This document shows positions 45,912 to 57,497 of a stretch of DNA of 61,571 bases, piece after piece. The position numbers and the translations under genes are program-made. This DNA is from Anaeromyxobacter sp. (GTDB lineage: Bacteria > Myxococcota > Myxococcia > Myxococcales > Anaeromyxobacteraceae), in NCBI GenBank assembly GCA_031427995.1, contig JANPOM010000191.1, forward strand, positions 1-61,571, in the 5' to 3' direction. Every line of letters begins with the position of its first letter. Within the stretch, counting starts at the first letter, position 1. The notes under the pieces are model-generated. The model was not told the origin of the DNA. It worked only from the letters and a program-made list of their open reading frames with translations, and made no database searches.

Positions 45912-47297
45912 ATGGCGCACCTCACCACGCTCAGGCACCCCGAGGCGGCCGCCCGCTTCGTCGCCGACACGCCGCGCGCCCACTGGCACGACCAGGCGCT
46001 CTGGTTCATGCGCGTCAAGCGCGACCGGGCCGCCGCGCAGGTGCCGGAGTGGGAGCGGCTCCGCGAGCTGGCCCAGGCCATCAAGGCCCACGCCCTCGCC
46101 AACCTCCCGGCCCTGCTCGAGCAGTTCGAGCGCCACGCCACCGCGGCCGGCGCCACCGTCCACTGGGCGCGGGACGCCGCCGAGCACAACCGCATCGTCC
46201 ACCAGCTGCTCTTCGCCAAGGGCGTGACCCGGCTCGTCAAGTCGAAGTCGATGCTCACCGAGGAGTGCGGCCTCAACCCCTACCTGGAGACCCGCGGCAT
46301 CGAGGTGGTCGACACCGACCTCGGCGAGCGCATCGTCCAGTTCCGCGACGAGCCGCCCAGCCACATCGTGCTCCCGGCCATCCACCTCAAGAAGGAGGAG
46401 ATCGGCGAGCTCTTCCACCAGAAGCTCGGCACCGACAAGGGCGCCTCCGACCCGAAGTACCTGACCGAGGCGGCCCGCGGCCACCTGCGGCAGAAGTTCC
46501 TCCAGGCCCAGGCCGGCCTCACCGGGGTCAACTTCGCCCTGGCCGACACCGGCGCGGTGGTGGTCTGCACCAACGAGGGGAACGCCGACATGGGCACCTC
46601 GCTGCCGCCCCTCCATATCGCCTGCATGGGGCTTGAGAAGATCGTGCCGCGCGCCGAGGACCTCGGGGTCTTCCTGCGGCTGCTGGCCCGCTCCGCCACC
46701 GGCCAGCCGGTCACCACCTACTCGACCCACTTCCAGGGGCCGCGCCACGGCTCCGAGTTGCACATTGTCATCCTCGACAACGGCCGCAGCGCCCTGCTGG
46801 GCCGCGACCCGTACCGGCGCGCCCTCTCCTGCATCCGCTGCGGCGCCTGCATGAACACCTGCCCGGTCTTCCGCCTCTCCGGCGGCCACAGCTACGGCGT
46901 CACCGTCCCCGGCCCCATCGGCTCGGTGCTGGCGCCGGCCATCGACGCCACGGCCCACGCCGCCCTCCCCTTCGCCTCGACGCTCTGCGGCTCCTGCACC
47001 GACGTCTGCCCGGTCCGCATCGACCTGCACCACCAGCTGCTGGCCTGGCGGCGCGACCTCGTCGCCGCCGGCCACGGGAGCGCGGGCAAGCGGCTGGCGC
47101 TCCACTTCACCGCCTGGCTCTTCGCCTCGCCGGCCCGCTACGCGCTGGCCGGGAGGCTGGCTCGCTTCGCCCTGCGGGTGCTCCCGGCCTGGCTGATTCG
47201 GCGGCTGGCCGGACCGTGGGGACGGCAGCGGGAGCTGCCGGTGGCTCCGCTGGAGAGCTTCCGCGATCGCTACCGGAGGACCCATGGCCGCTCGTGA
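45912..47297 (+). CDS. lutB: L-lactate utilisation protein LutB (LUD + 4Fe-4S ferredoxin domains)
   Basis: 461 aa. CIRCGACMNTCPV and CGSCTDVCPV clusters. LUD domain ...GVNFALADTGAVVVCTNEGN. Confidence 0.9.
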   Translation: MAHLTTLRHPEAAARFVADTPRAHWHDQALWFMRVKRDRAAAQVPEWERLRELAQAIKAHALANLPALLEQFERHATAAGATVHWARDAAEHNRIVHQLLFAKGVTRLVKSKSMLTEECGLNPYLETRGIEVVDTDLGERIVQFRDEPPSHIVLPAIHLKKEEIGELFHQKLGTDKGASDPKYLTEAARGHLRQKFLQAQAGLTGVNFALADTGAVVVCTNEGNADMGTSLPPLHIACMGLEKIVPRAEDLGVFLRLLARSATGQPVTTYSTHFQGPRHGSELHIVILDNGRSALLGRDPYRRALSCIRCGACMNTCPVFRLSGGHSYGVTVPGPIGSVLAPAIDATAHAALPFASTLCGSCTDVCPVRIDLHHQLLAWRRDLVAAGHGSAGKRLALHFTAWLFASPARYALAGRLARFALRVLPAWLIRRLAGPWGRQRELPVAPLESFRDRYRRTHGRS

Positions 47298-47877
47298 GGA
47301 GATCCTGGCGGCACTCCGCCGCCACGCCCAGCCCGGCGCGCCGCTTCCGGTCATCGACGGGGTAGGCGCCAGCTTCCCGGACCTCCCGGCCCGCCTCGCC
47401 GAGGCGGTGGTGGCGGTGGGAGGCACCCTGGTCCGGGCCCCCGATCTGGCCGCGGCCGACGCGGCGCTCCGCGCGCTCCCCATCCACCGCGATGCCAAGC
47501 GGATCGCCTCCCTGGTCCCGGGAGTCGGGGCGGCAAACGTCTACCCGTCCACCGTGAAGGACCCGCACCAGCTCGAGGGGCTCGACCTCTCGGTGCTGCC
47601 CGGCTCGTTCGCGGTGGCCGAGAACGGCGCCGTCTGGATCGAGGGGGCACGGCTTCCCCACCACGCCCTGGTGGTGATCCCGGAGCACGTGGCGCTGGTG
47701 GTCTCGGCCGCCGACATCGTCCCGGATCTCCACGCCGCCTACGCCCGGCTCGATCTGGCCGGCCGGCCGCGCTGGGGGCTCTTCATGGCCGGCCCCTCCA
47801 AGACCGCCGACATCGAGCAGTCGCTGGTGATCGGCGCCCACGGGGCCAGGAGCCTGGTGGTGCTGCTGGTCGGATAG
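47284..47877 (+). CDS. lutC: L-lactate utilisation protein LutC (LUD domain)
   Basis: 197 aa. ...GSFAVAENGAVWI...GPSKTADIEQSLVIGAHG. Overlaps the lutB end. Confidence 0.85.
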   Translation: MAAREEILAALRRHAQPGAPLPVIDGVGASFPDLPARLAEAVVAVGGTLVRAPDLAAADAALRALPIHRDAKRIASLVPGVGAANVYPSTVKDPHQLEGLDLSVLPGSFAVAENGAVWIEGARLPHHALVVIPEHVALVVSAADIVPDLHAAYARLDLAGRPRWGLFMAGPSKTADIEQSLVIGAHGARSLVVLLVG

Positions 47878-47886
47878 CGGAGTCCC

Positions 47887-50718
<2,832 letters not shown>

Positions 50719-50784
50719 CACTAGCTGGCCTGGTACCATGGGCGAAGTCGGCCCGGTAGTCCCTTTGGGCGATCCGGGGCTAAC

Positions 50785-50802
50785 GTACCGTGATCACGGT
50801 AC
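50785..50802. promoter_or_regulatory. perfect 18-bp palindrome GTACCGTGATCACGGTAC (candidate operator)
   Basis: Lies in the low-GC3 gap between the dehydrogenase stop (50718) and the probable EAL-gene start. Followed by the tandem direct repeat TGGTCGAGGTG/TGGTCGAAGGTG (50804..50826) and palindrome GCGATATCGC (50835..50844). Confidence 0.3.
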
Positions 50803-50869
50803 ATGGTCGAGGTGTGGTCGAAGGTGGTTTGATTGCGATATCGCACCTACATGGATAGCGTGTTTCGTA

Positions 50870-51961
50870 GTGAGACCATTCCGATGGCGGCAAGAGGCCG
50901 AAGAACCCGCCAGCAGCGCGGTTCGGCCCGATTCGTCCGCCTCGGTGGGAACCCTCCTCCTCTGGTTTTCCAATCCGGCACAGCTCGCCCGCGCCATCGA
51001 GCTCCTGCGCGAATCCTCGCACCTGGCCGCGGCCTCCAGCGCCTGCCTCCAGGTTCGGCTCGGCCAGGGCGGGCTGGAGGATTGCCTCCTCCTCCTCGGG
51101 GCCGGCCTCGGCGAGACCGAGGCCCGCCGCGCCCGGGCGCTCATCGTCCCCGGCGGCGAACCGCCCACGCTCGACGACTTCGGCCGCATCACCTCGCTGC
51201 ACGAGCTGCACGTCGCCATCCAGACCGGCTGGCTGCTCGACCAGTTCGAGACCGGCGGCATCACCAGCCACTTCCACCCCATCGTCCACACCGACGACAC
51301 CAGCCACGTTTTCGCCCACGAGGCGCTGCTGCGCGGGCGCGGCCGGGACGGCAAGCCGCTGGAGCCGCTCTCCATCCTGCAGCGGGCCCGCGAGGCCGGC
51401 CTCTTCCAGCAGCTCGACCTGGCCGCCTGCTGCTGCGCCATCCGCGAGTCAGCCCACCTGGCCGCCGACGTCACCGTCTTCATCAACTTCTCGCCGGCCA
51501 TGATGGACGACGCCGAGAGCTGCCTCAAGGCCACGGTGGCGGCCATCGACGCCGCCGGGCTTGCGCCGCAGCGCTTCGTCTTCGAGGTCATCGAGGCCGA
51601 CCGGATCGAGGACACCGAGCAGCTCAACCAGGTGCTCGACTGCTACCGGCGCGACGGCTTCCGGGTCGCTCTCGACGATCTGGGCGCCGGCTGGTCCACG
51701 CTCAACCTGGTCCACCGGCTGCGCCCCGACTTCATCAAGCTCGACCGCGAGCTGATCAGGGGCGTCCACGAGGACCACGTCAAGGACCTGATCGCCAGCA
51801 AGCTGCTCGAGATCGGCCACGGCCTCGGCATCCGGACCATCGTCGAGGGGGTCGAGCAACCGCAGGAGCTGGAGTGGGCGCGCCAGCGCGGCGCCGACTT
51901 CGTGCAGGGCTTCCTCATCGCCAGGCCGGGCCCGAGCGCCCGCCCCATGCCGCGGGCCTGA
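50870..51961 (+). CDS. EAL-domain c-di-GMP phosphodiesterase with uncharacterised N-terminal domain
   Basis: All catalytic signatures are present: HEALLR, INFS, FEVIE, DDLGAG, IKLD, EGVE, FVQGF. The first ~44 codons of ORF 50738.. have low GC3, so a GTG at 50870 (or 50945) is preferred. The start remains uncertain. Confidence 0.8.
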   Translation: MRPFRWRQEAEEPASSAVRPDSSASVGTLLLWFSNPAQLARAIELLRESSHLAAASSACLQVRLGQGGLEDCLLLLGAGLGETEARRARALIVPGGEPPTLDDFGRITSLHELHVAIQTGWLLDQFETGGITSHFHPIVHTDDTSHVFAHEALLRGRGRDGKPLEPLSILQRAREAGLFQQLDLAACCCAIRESAHLAADVTVFINFSPAMMDDAESCLKATVAAIDAAGLAPQRFVFEVIEADRIEDTEQLNQVLDCYRRDGFRVALDDLGAGWSTLNLVHRLRPDFIKLDRELIRGVHEDHVKDLIASKLLEIGHGLGIRTIVEGVEQPQELEWARQRGADFVQGFLIARPGPSARPMPRA

Positions 51962-51962
51962 C

Positions 51963-54212
51963 TTGCACAAGCGACTCCGCCGCCAGCTCGCCGACCTGCT
52001 CGACGCCGACGAGGCCGCGCGCCCCGGGCTACGGCGCCTCTGGCGCGAGATCGACGCCGAGTACCTCAAGGCCGACCAGGATCGCTCGGCGCTGGCCCAC
52101 GCCCTCGACCTGGTGGGCGACCTGGTGCGCCGGCCGGCCGGTGGGGCCGAGGCGGCGCCAGCGCCGCGGGTCGGCGCCTCGCCGTTGCCCCGACTGCGCC
52201 GCCAGCTCTTCGAGCGCGCTCCCTTCGCCGCCTTCATCTGCGATCCACGGCTCGAGGTGCTGGCCTGGAACGGCTCCGCCGAGCGCCAGTTCGGGTACCG
52301 CGGCAAGGAGGCGGTGGGGCGCGAGCTGGGCGACCTGCTCTTCCCCGTGGCCGACCGGGCCCCGGTGCGGCGCGAGCTGCTGGGGCTCCTCGAGCGCGGC
52401 GAGGTGGACCAGTCACTGCGCGTCGCCGCCAGCAAGACCGGCGAGGCGCGGCTCGACGAGTGGACGGTGGTGCCCCTGCCGGACCAGGACGGCAAGCCCC
52501 TGGGCGCGGCCATCCTGGTGCGCGAGCCCTTCGCCTCCGATGACCGTTACGCGGTGGCCTGGCAGGGGACCGGCGACGGCCTCTTCGACTGGGACCTGCG
52601 CGCCGATCGGCTCTGGCTCTCCGACTCCTGGCTCCAGCTGGTGGGGCTCCCGCAGGGCTCGGGAGCACCCGGTGACTGGCTGGACCGCGTCCACTCGGCC
52701 GACCGCGAGGGAGTCCAGGCGGCGGTGCGGGCCCACCTGGCCAGCGGGTCGGCCCGCCTCGAGTGCGAGCACCGCGTACGCCACGAGAACGGTGAGTGGC
52801 GCTGGGTGCTGGCCCGCGCCGGGGCGGTGCGCGACGCCGCTGGCAAGGCCATCCGGCTCTGCGGCTCGATGATGGACGTCACCGAGCGGCGCGCCGCCGC
52901 CGACCGGGTGGTGCACGACGCCCTGCACGATCCGCTCACCCGGCTGCCAAACCGCACCATGTTCCTCGACCTGATGAAGCGGTCCTTCGCCCGCACCCGG
53001 CGGCGCGAGGGCTACGCCTTCGCCGTCCTCTTCCTCGACCTCGACCACTTCAAGTCGGTCAACGACGGCCTGGGCCACGCCGCCGGCGACGACTTGCTGG
53101 TGCAGACGGCGCGGCGGCTGCAGACCTGCCTGCGCGAGGGCGACACCCTGGCCCGGCTCGGCGGCGACGAGTTCACGGTCCTGGTGGACGACGTCAAGGG
53201 CGTGGTCGACGCCCAGGCCGTGGCGGACCGCATCCGCCAGGCCACCTCGCTCCCCTTCCTGATCGGTCCCCGCGAGGTCTTCTCGACCGTCAGCGTCGGC
53301 ATCTCCGTCTCCTCGCCGGCCTATGGCCGCCACGAGGACATGCTGCTCGACGCCGACACCGCCATGTACCGGGCCAAGGCCCAGGGGCGGGCACGCTGCG
53401 TGGTCTTCGACGGGAGCCTGCGCGAGCAGGCGCCCCAGCTCCTCGACCTGGAGACCGACCTGCGCGGCGCCTTGCAGCGGCAGGAGTTCCGCATCCACTA
53501 CCTGCCGGTGGTGGACGTCGCCACCGGTCACATCCAGGGGCTGGAGGCGCTGATCCGCTGGGCCCACCCCAAGCGTGGGATGATGGCCCCCGACCAGTTC
53601 GTCCCCTTCGCCGAGGAGACCGGGCTCATCGTGCCCATCGGCCGGTGGCTGCTGCAGCAAGCGGGCCGCGACCTGCAGCGCTTCCGCAAGGCCCCCAAGG
53701 CCGGACGCCTCGCGCTCCACGTCAACCTATCCTCCAAGCAGCTTATGCAAGGCGACCTGCTCAGCAACATCGACGACGTGTTCCAGGAGCACCAGATGGA
53801 GCCGGCCGACCTGGCCCTGGAGCTCACCGAAAGCGTCCTGCGCCAGTCGGAGGAGTCGCCGCGGCGGCTGGTCCAGCTCCACAACCGCGGGGTGCGGTTG
53901 CTCATGGACGACTTCGGGACCGGCTCATCATCGATCCGCTCACTGCACCAGTTCCAGTGCGACTCGGTCAAGATCGACCGATCCCTCTTCGCCGGCGGCG
54001 CGCCGCGCGGCGAGGCGCCAGAGCTGGTGCGAACCATCATGGCCCTGGCCCGCGACATGGGGAAGCCGGTGGTGGCCGAGGGCGTCGAGACCGCCGAGCA
54101 GTTCAAGTTCCTCCGCGAGATGGGCTGCAACTCCGCCCAGGGCTACTTTTTCTCTCCGCCGGTCGATGGCGATGCCGCCTACTCGCTGCTGGAGCGGCAG
54201 GCCAGCTGGTGA
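51963..54212 (+). CDS. PAS-PAS-GGDEF-EAL c-di-GMP turnover protein
   Basis: 749 aa, TTG start. GGDEF with an I-site (REGD-x5-GGDEF). EAL signatures EALIRW, LELTE, DDFGTG, VKID, EGVE. Confidence 0.9.
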   Translation: MHKRLRRQLADLLDADEAARPGLRRLWREIDAEYLKADQDRSALAHALDLVGDLVRRPAGGAEAAPAPRVGASPLPRLRRQLFERAPFAAFICDPRLEVLAWNGSAERQFGYRGKEAVGRELGDLLFPVADRAPVRRELLGLLERGEVDQSLRVAASKTGEARLDEWTVVPLPDQDGKPLGAAILVREPFASDDRYAVAWQGTGDGLFDWDLRADRLWLSDSWLQLVGLPQGSGAPGDWLDRVHSADREGVQAAVRAHLASGSARLECEHRVRHENGEWRWVLARAGAVRDAAGKAIRLCGSMMDVTERRAAADRVVHDALHDPLTRLPNRTMFLDLMKRSFARTRRREGYAFAVLFLDLDHFKSVNDGLGHAAGDDLLVQTARRLQTCLREGDTLARLGGDEFTVLVDDVKGVVDAQAVADRIRQATSLPFLIGPREVFSTVSVGISVSSPAYGRHEDMLLDADTAMYRAKAQGRARCVVFDGSLREQAPQLLDLETDLRGALQRQEFRIHYLPVVDVATGHIQGLEALIRWAHPKRGMMAPDQFVPFAEETGLIVPIGRWLLQQAGRDLQRFRKAPKAGRLALHVNLSSKQLMQGDLLSNIDDVFQEHQMEPADLALELTESVLRQSEESPRRLVQLHNRGVRLLMDDFGTGSSSIRSLHQFQCDSVKIDRSLFAGGAPRGEAPELVRTIMALARDMGKPVVAEGVETAEQFKFLREMGCNSAQGYFFSPPVDGDAAYSLLERQASW

Positions 54213-54252
54213 GGCTGGCCGGGTGAGCCGCCGCGGCGGCGGCGCTTCGGCC

Positions 54253-54292
54253 TCGGCGCTCGCAGTAGTCATCATGCCTGGGTCGGGGCACT
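54253..54292 (+). repeat. half copy (right arm) of the palindromic intergenic repeat (copy B)
   Basis: TCGGCGCTCGCAGTAGTCATCATGCCTGGGTCGGGGCACT. Begins 41 nt after the GGDEF-EAL stop. Possibly a degenerate left part from ~54212. Confidence 0.7.
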
Positions 54293-54294
54293 GG

Positions 54295-55698
54295 TCAGAG
54301 CCCCCGCCGTACCGCGCTGCGTCTCGGCGGGAGCGCTCCGGCCAGGATCAGCCTCAGGTCCATCACGTTGGTCCTGGTGGGCCCGGTGGTGATCAGGTCA
54401 CCGAGCCCCTGGAAGAACGGGTAGGCGTCGTGGCGCTCCAGCGAGGAGCGCGGGTCGAGGCCGGCGGCGCGGGCGCGCGCCACGGTGGCACCGTCCGCGA
54501 ACGCGCCGGCCGCGTCGGTGGGCCCGTCGGTCCCGTCGGTTCCGGCCGACAGGATCGCCAACCGCTCCAGCCCCTCGATCCCCAGCGCCGCCGCCAGGGC
54601 GAACTCCTGGTTGCGACCTCCCTTCCCCTCCCCGCTCAAGGTCACGGTGGTCTCACCGCCCGAGATGAGGCAGGCCGGCCGGCGCAGCGGCCGTCCCGTG
54701 GAGGCCAGCTCGCGGGCGATGGCGGCGTGCACGGCCGCCACCTCGCGCGTCTCACCGGTGACGGTGGTGGAGAGCACCATGGGCCGGTAACCGAGGAGGC
54801 GGGCCCTCCGCGCCGCCGCGGCCACCGCCAGCGCGTTGCTCCCGACCAGGAGGTTCACGGACCGTTCGAAGGCCTGATCGCCGTGCTTGGGCGTCTCGGG
54901 AAGCTCGCCTCGCGCGCCGGCGTCCAGCCGTGCCCTGATCGCCGCCGGGACCCGGGCGGCGATGGCATACCGGGCCAGCACCTCGCGCGCCTCGGCGAAA
55001 GTGGTCGGATCGGCCACGGTGGGACCGGAGGCGATGACGTCGAGCGGATCGCCCACCACGTCGGAGAGGATCAGTGTGAGCAGGGCCGCCGGCCGCGCCA
55101 GCCGCGCCAGGCCGCCTCCCTTGAGCACCGAGAGGTGCTTCCGCACGCCGTTGATCTCGGCGATGGTCGCCCCGCAGTCGAGCAGGAGCCGGGTCAGCGC
55201 CTGCTTCTCACCGAGCGTGATCCCCTGCGCCGGGCTCGGCAGCAGCGCTGAGCCACCGCCGGAGAGGACGCAGACCACCAGGTCCTCGGCGCCCACCGCC
55301 CCGAGGAGCGAGGCCAGGTCACGCGACGCTCCCACCCCCGCCTCGTCCGGCACCGGGTGGCCCGCCTCGCGCAGCTCCACGGTCCGCAGCGGCTCTCCGT
55401 GTCCATACTTGGTGACGACCAGGCCGCCCGCCACGCGCGCGCCGAAGATCTCCTCCACCGCACGGGCCATGGGGGCGGCGGCCTTGCCGGCGCCGACCAC
55501 CCAGACCCGCCCGCCACGGGCCAGCGTCAGGCGCCGGCCACCGGCCTGCAGCACCGCGCCCCGCCGCCGCAGGTGCGCTCGCACCGCGCGCCGTGGCTCC
55601 ACCGCGTCCACGCCGGCCAGGAAGATCTCCGTCGCGTCACGCTTCAAGCCTCGCTGTCGCCGGACCTCTGCCACTTCACACCTCGAGAGCTCGAGCAT
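54295..55698 (-). CDS. glycerate kinase, MOFRL family (DUF4147 + MOFRL)
   Basis: Start MLELSRCE (ATG 55698) inside ORF 54295..55827. VVGAGKAAAPMA, VLSGGGSALL, ISGGETTVTL.GEGKGGRNQEFALA, TDGTDGPTDAAG. Confidence 0.85.
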   Translation of the reverse strand: MLELSRCEVAEVRRQRGLKRDATEIFLAGVDAVEPRRAVRAHLRRRGAVLQAGGRRLTLARGGRVWVVGAGKAAAPMARAVEEIFGARVAGGLVVTKYGHGEPLRTVELREAGHPVPDEAGVGASRDLASLLGAVGAEDLVVCVLSGGGSALLPSPAQGITLGEKQALTRLLLDCGATIAEINGVRKHLSVLKGGGLARLARPAALLTLILSDVVGDPLDVIASGPTVADPTTFAEAREVLARYAIAARVPAAIRARLDAGARGELPETPKHGDQAFERSVNLLVGSNALAVAAAARRARLLGYRPMVLSTTVTGETREVAAVHAAIARELASTGRPLRRPACLISGGETTVTLSGEGKGGRNQEFALAAALGIEGLERLAILSAGTDGTDGPTDAAGAFADGATVARARAAGLDPRSSLERHDAYPFFQGLGDLITTGPTRTNVMDLRLILAGALPPRRSAVRRGL

Positions 55699-55847
55699 GG
55701 ACGTCCCGCCTCTTCGGCTGCTCGCTGACAACACGGTACCTCGTGCCGCCAGGCCCGAGGAAGTCGTTCCGGGGCCCCATGCGGATGGTCCCGGTCCGTC
55801 CCGGGTGGCATGCGCCGGGGCGGTCACGCCGGAGGCGACTCCTGCTG

Positions 55848-55941
55848 GTGCCCCGACCCGGGTATGATGATGTGACGAGGCCGCCTGCCGCAGCGAGAGG
55901 ATCGGCGCTCGCAGTAGTCATCTTGCCTGGGTCGGGGCACT
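55848..55941 (+). repeat. full-length ~95-nt palindromic intergenic repeat (copy C)
   Basis: GTGCCCCGACCCGGGTATGATGATGTGACGAGGCCGCCTGCCGCAGCGAGAGGATCGGCGCTCGCAGTAGTCATCTTGCCTGGGTCGGGGCACT. The 15-bp terminal arms pair, with one G-T. Confidence 0.8.
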
Positions 55942-55948
55942 AGCCGCT

Positions 55949-56932
55949 ATGCTGCGCGGCGCGATGCACCTGACCATCCTCTACCATGGCAACTGCTTCG
56001 ACGGCTGCGCCTCCGCCGCGCTCTTCGGACGCTTCATGGCCGAACGCGAGGGGGCGCGCCTGGCCGGCGTGGTCCACCGCCCCATGGCCCACGCCCAGGG
56101 CGATCCCTTCCCGGCCGACGCCTTCACCGGACCGCTCAACGCCTGCGTCGACTTCCGCTATTCGCCCAGCCCGGGCCTTCACTGGTGGTTCGACCACCAC
56201 GCCAGCGCCTTCATGTCGCCGGCCGACCAGGCCGCCTTCGAGTCGGGCCGCTCGCCCCAGCAGTTCTGGGACCCGCGGGCGCCATCCTGCGCCGGCTTCA
56301 TCGCCCGCACCCTGCGGGAGAAGTTCGCCTGGGAGGCTCCCGGCCTCGCCGAGCTGGTCCACTGGGCCGAGACCATCGACGCCGCCCGCTTCCCCTCGGC
56401 CGCGGTGGCGGTCCGGCTGGAGGAGCCGGCGCTCAGGATCATGACGCTGCTCGAGGCCACCCAGGATCCGGCGCTGCCCGACATGGTCATCGAGGCCATG
56501 CGCCACCGGCCGCTGGCCTGGATCGTGGGCCAGCCCTGGGCCGCCGAGCCGCTGGCGCCGCTGCTGGCCCGCCACCAGGCGGCCATCGGGCTCTACCGCA
56601 AGCTGGCGCGGCTGGAGCGGGGGGTGGTGCAGGTAGACCTGCTCGGCAGCGGGCTGGAGAGCGCCAACAAGTTCATCGCCTACGACCTCTTCCCCGAGGC
56701 CCGCTACACGGTGGTGCTCTCCGAGGACCGGAAGCGGACCAAGGTCTCGGTCGGCTCCAACCCATGGCCGGTGACGCCGCGCACCCACGACATCGCACGG
56801 CTCTGCCAGCGCTATGGCGGCGGCGGCCACCCGGTGGTGGGGGCGGTGACGCTGCCGCCTGGGCAGCCCGACGAGGCGAGGCGCATCGGCGCCGAGATCG
56901 CGGCCGCGCTCCAGACCGAGGCGACGACATGA
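55949..56932 (+). CDS. DHH/DHHA1-like phosphoesterase
   Basis: ILYHGNCFDGCASAAL (motif I/II-like), WWFDHHASAF (DHH), YGGGGHPVVGA (DHHA1 GGGH). Confidence 0.72.
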   Translation: MLRGAMHLTILYHGNCFDGCASAALFGRFMAEREGARLAGVVHRPMAHAQGDPFPADAFTGPLNACVDFRYSPSPGLHWWFDHHASAFMSPADQAAFESGRSPQQFWDPRAPSCAGFIARTLREKFAWEAPGLAELVHWAETIDAARFPSAAVAVRLEEPALRIMTLLEATQDPALPDMVIEAMRHRPLAWIVGQPWAAEPLAPLLARHQAAIGLYRKLARLERGVVQVDLLGSGLESANKFIAYDLFPEARYTVVLSEDRKRTKVSVGSNPWPVTPRTHDIARLCQRYGGGGHPVVGAVTLPPGQPDEARRIGAEIAAALQTEATT

Positions 56933-57312
56933 CCCCCGGCCAGTGCATCCTGGTGGTCGACGACGACGACGACTTCCGCGCCGCGCTCTGCGAGGTGCTG
57001 GCCCAGGCCGGCTACCCGGTGGAGCAGGCCGCCAGCGGCGAGGAGGCGCTGCTCCGGCTGGAGGGCGAGGTGCCGGGCATCGTGCTGCTCGACCTGAAGA
57101 TGCCCGGCATCGACGGCTGGGGCGTGATCGAGCGGATGCGGGCCGAGCCGCGCTGGGCCGCCATCCCGGTGCTGATCCTCTCGGCCTATGGCTACGAGTG
57201 GGAGGCCGAGCTGCTCGGGGTGCAGGGCTACATCCCCAAGGCCGGCGTGAAGCTGGAGGGGATCCTGGCCCGCGTGAAGACCGCCGCCGGGGACCCGCCG
57301 CTCAGGCATTGA
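56929..57312 (+). CDS. single-domain CheY-like response regulator
   Basis: ATGA overlap with the upstream stop. ILVVDDDDDF...LLDLKMPGIDG...ILSAYG...K. Confidence 0.9.
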   Translation: MTPGQCILVVDDDDDFRAALCEVLAQAGYPVEQAASGEEALLRLEGEVPGIVLLDLKMPGIDGWGVIERMRAEPRWAAIPVLILSAYGYEWEAELLGVQGYIPKAGVKLEGILARVKTAAGDPPLRH

Positions 57313-57340
57313 GGCGTTGCTGGGTCCGACGGCCGGTGAC

Positions 57341-57388
57341 GCGAGAGGATAGGCGCTCGCAGTAGTCAGTAGGCCTGGGTCGGGGCAC
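57341..57388 (+). repeat. half copy (right arm) of the palindromic intergenic repeat (copy D)
   Basis: GCGAGAGGATAGGCGCTCGCAGTAGTCAGTAGGCCTGGGTCGGGGCAC. Starts 29 nt after the response-regulator stop. Confidence 0.75.
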
Positions 57389-57497
57389 CAAGGCGCCGGG
57401 ACCCGAGCAGCGGCGACCCAGGGTTTCCGGCGACCCCACGGCAGAGCGCCGCAAAGGGGTCTGGAGCCCGGAGTTCCGGCATCTTGGGGAACGCCCG

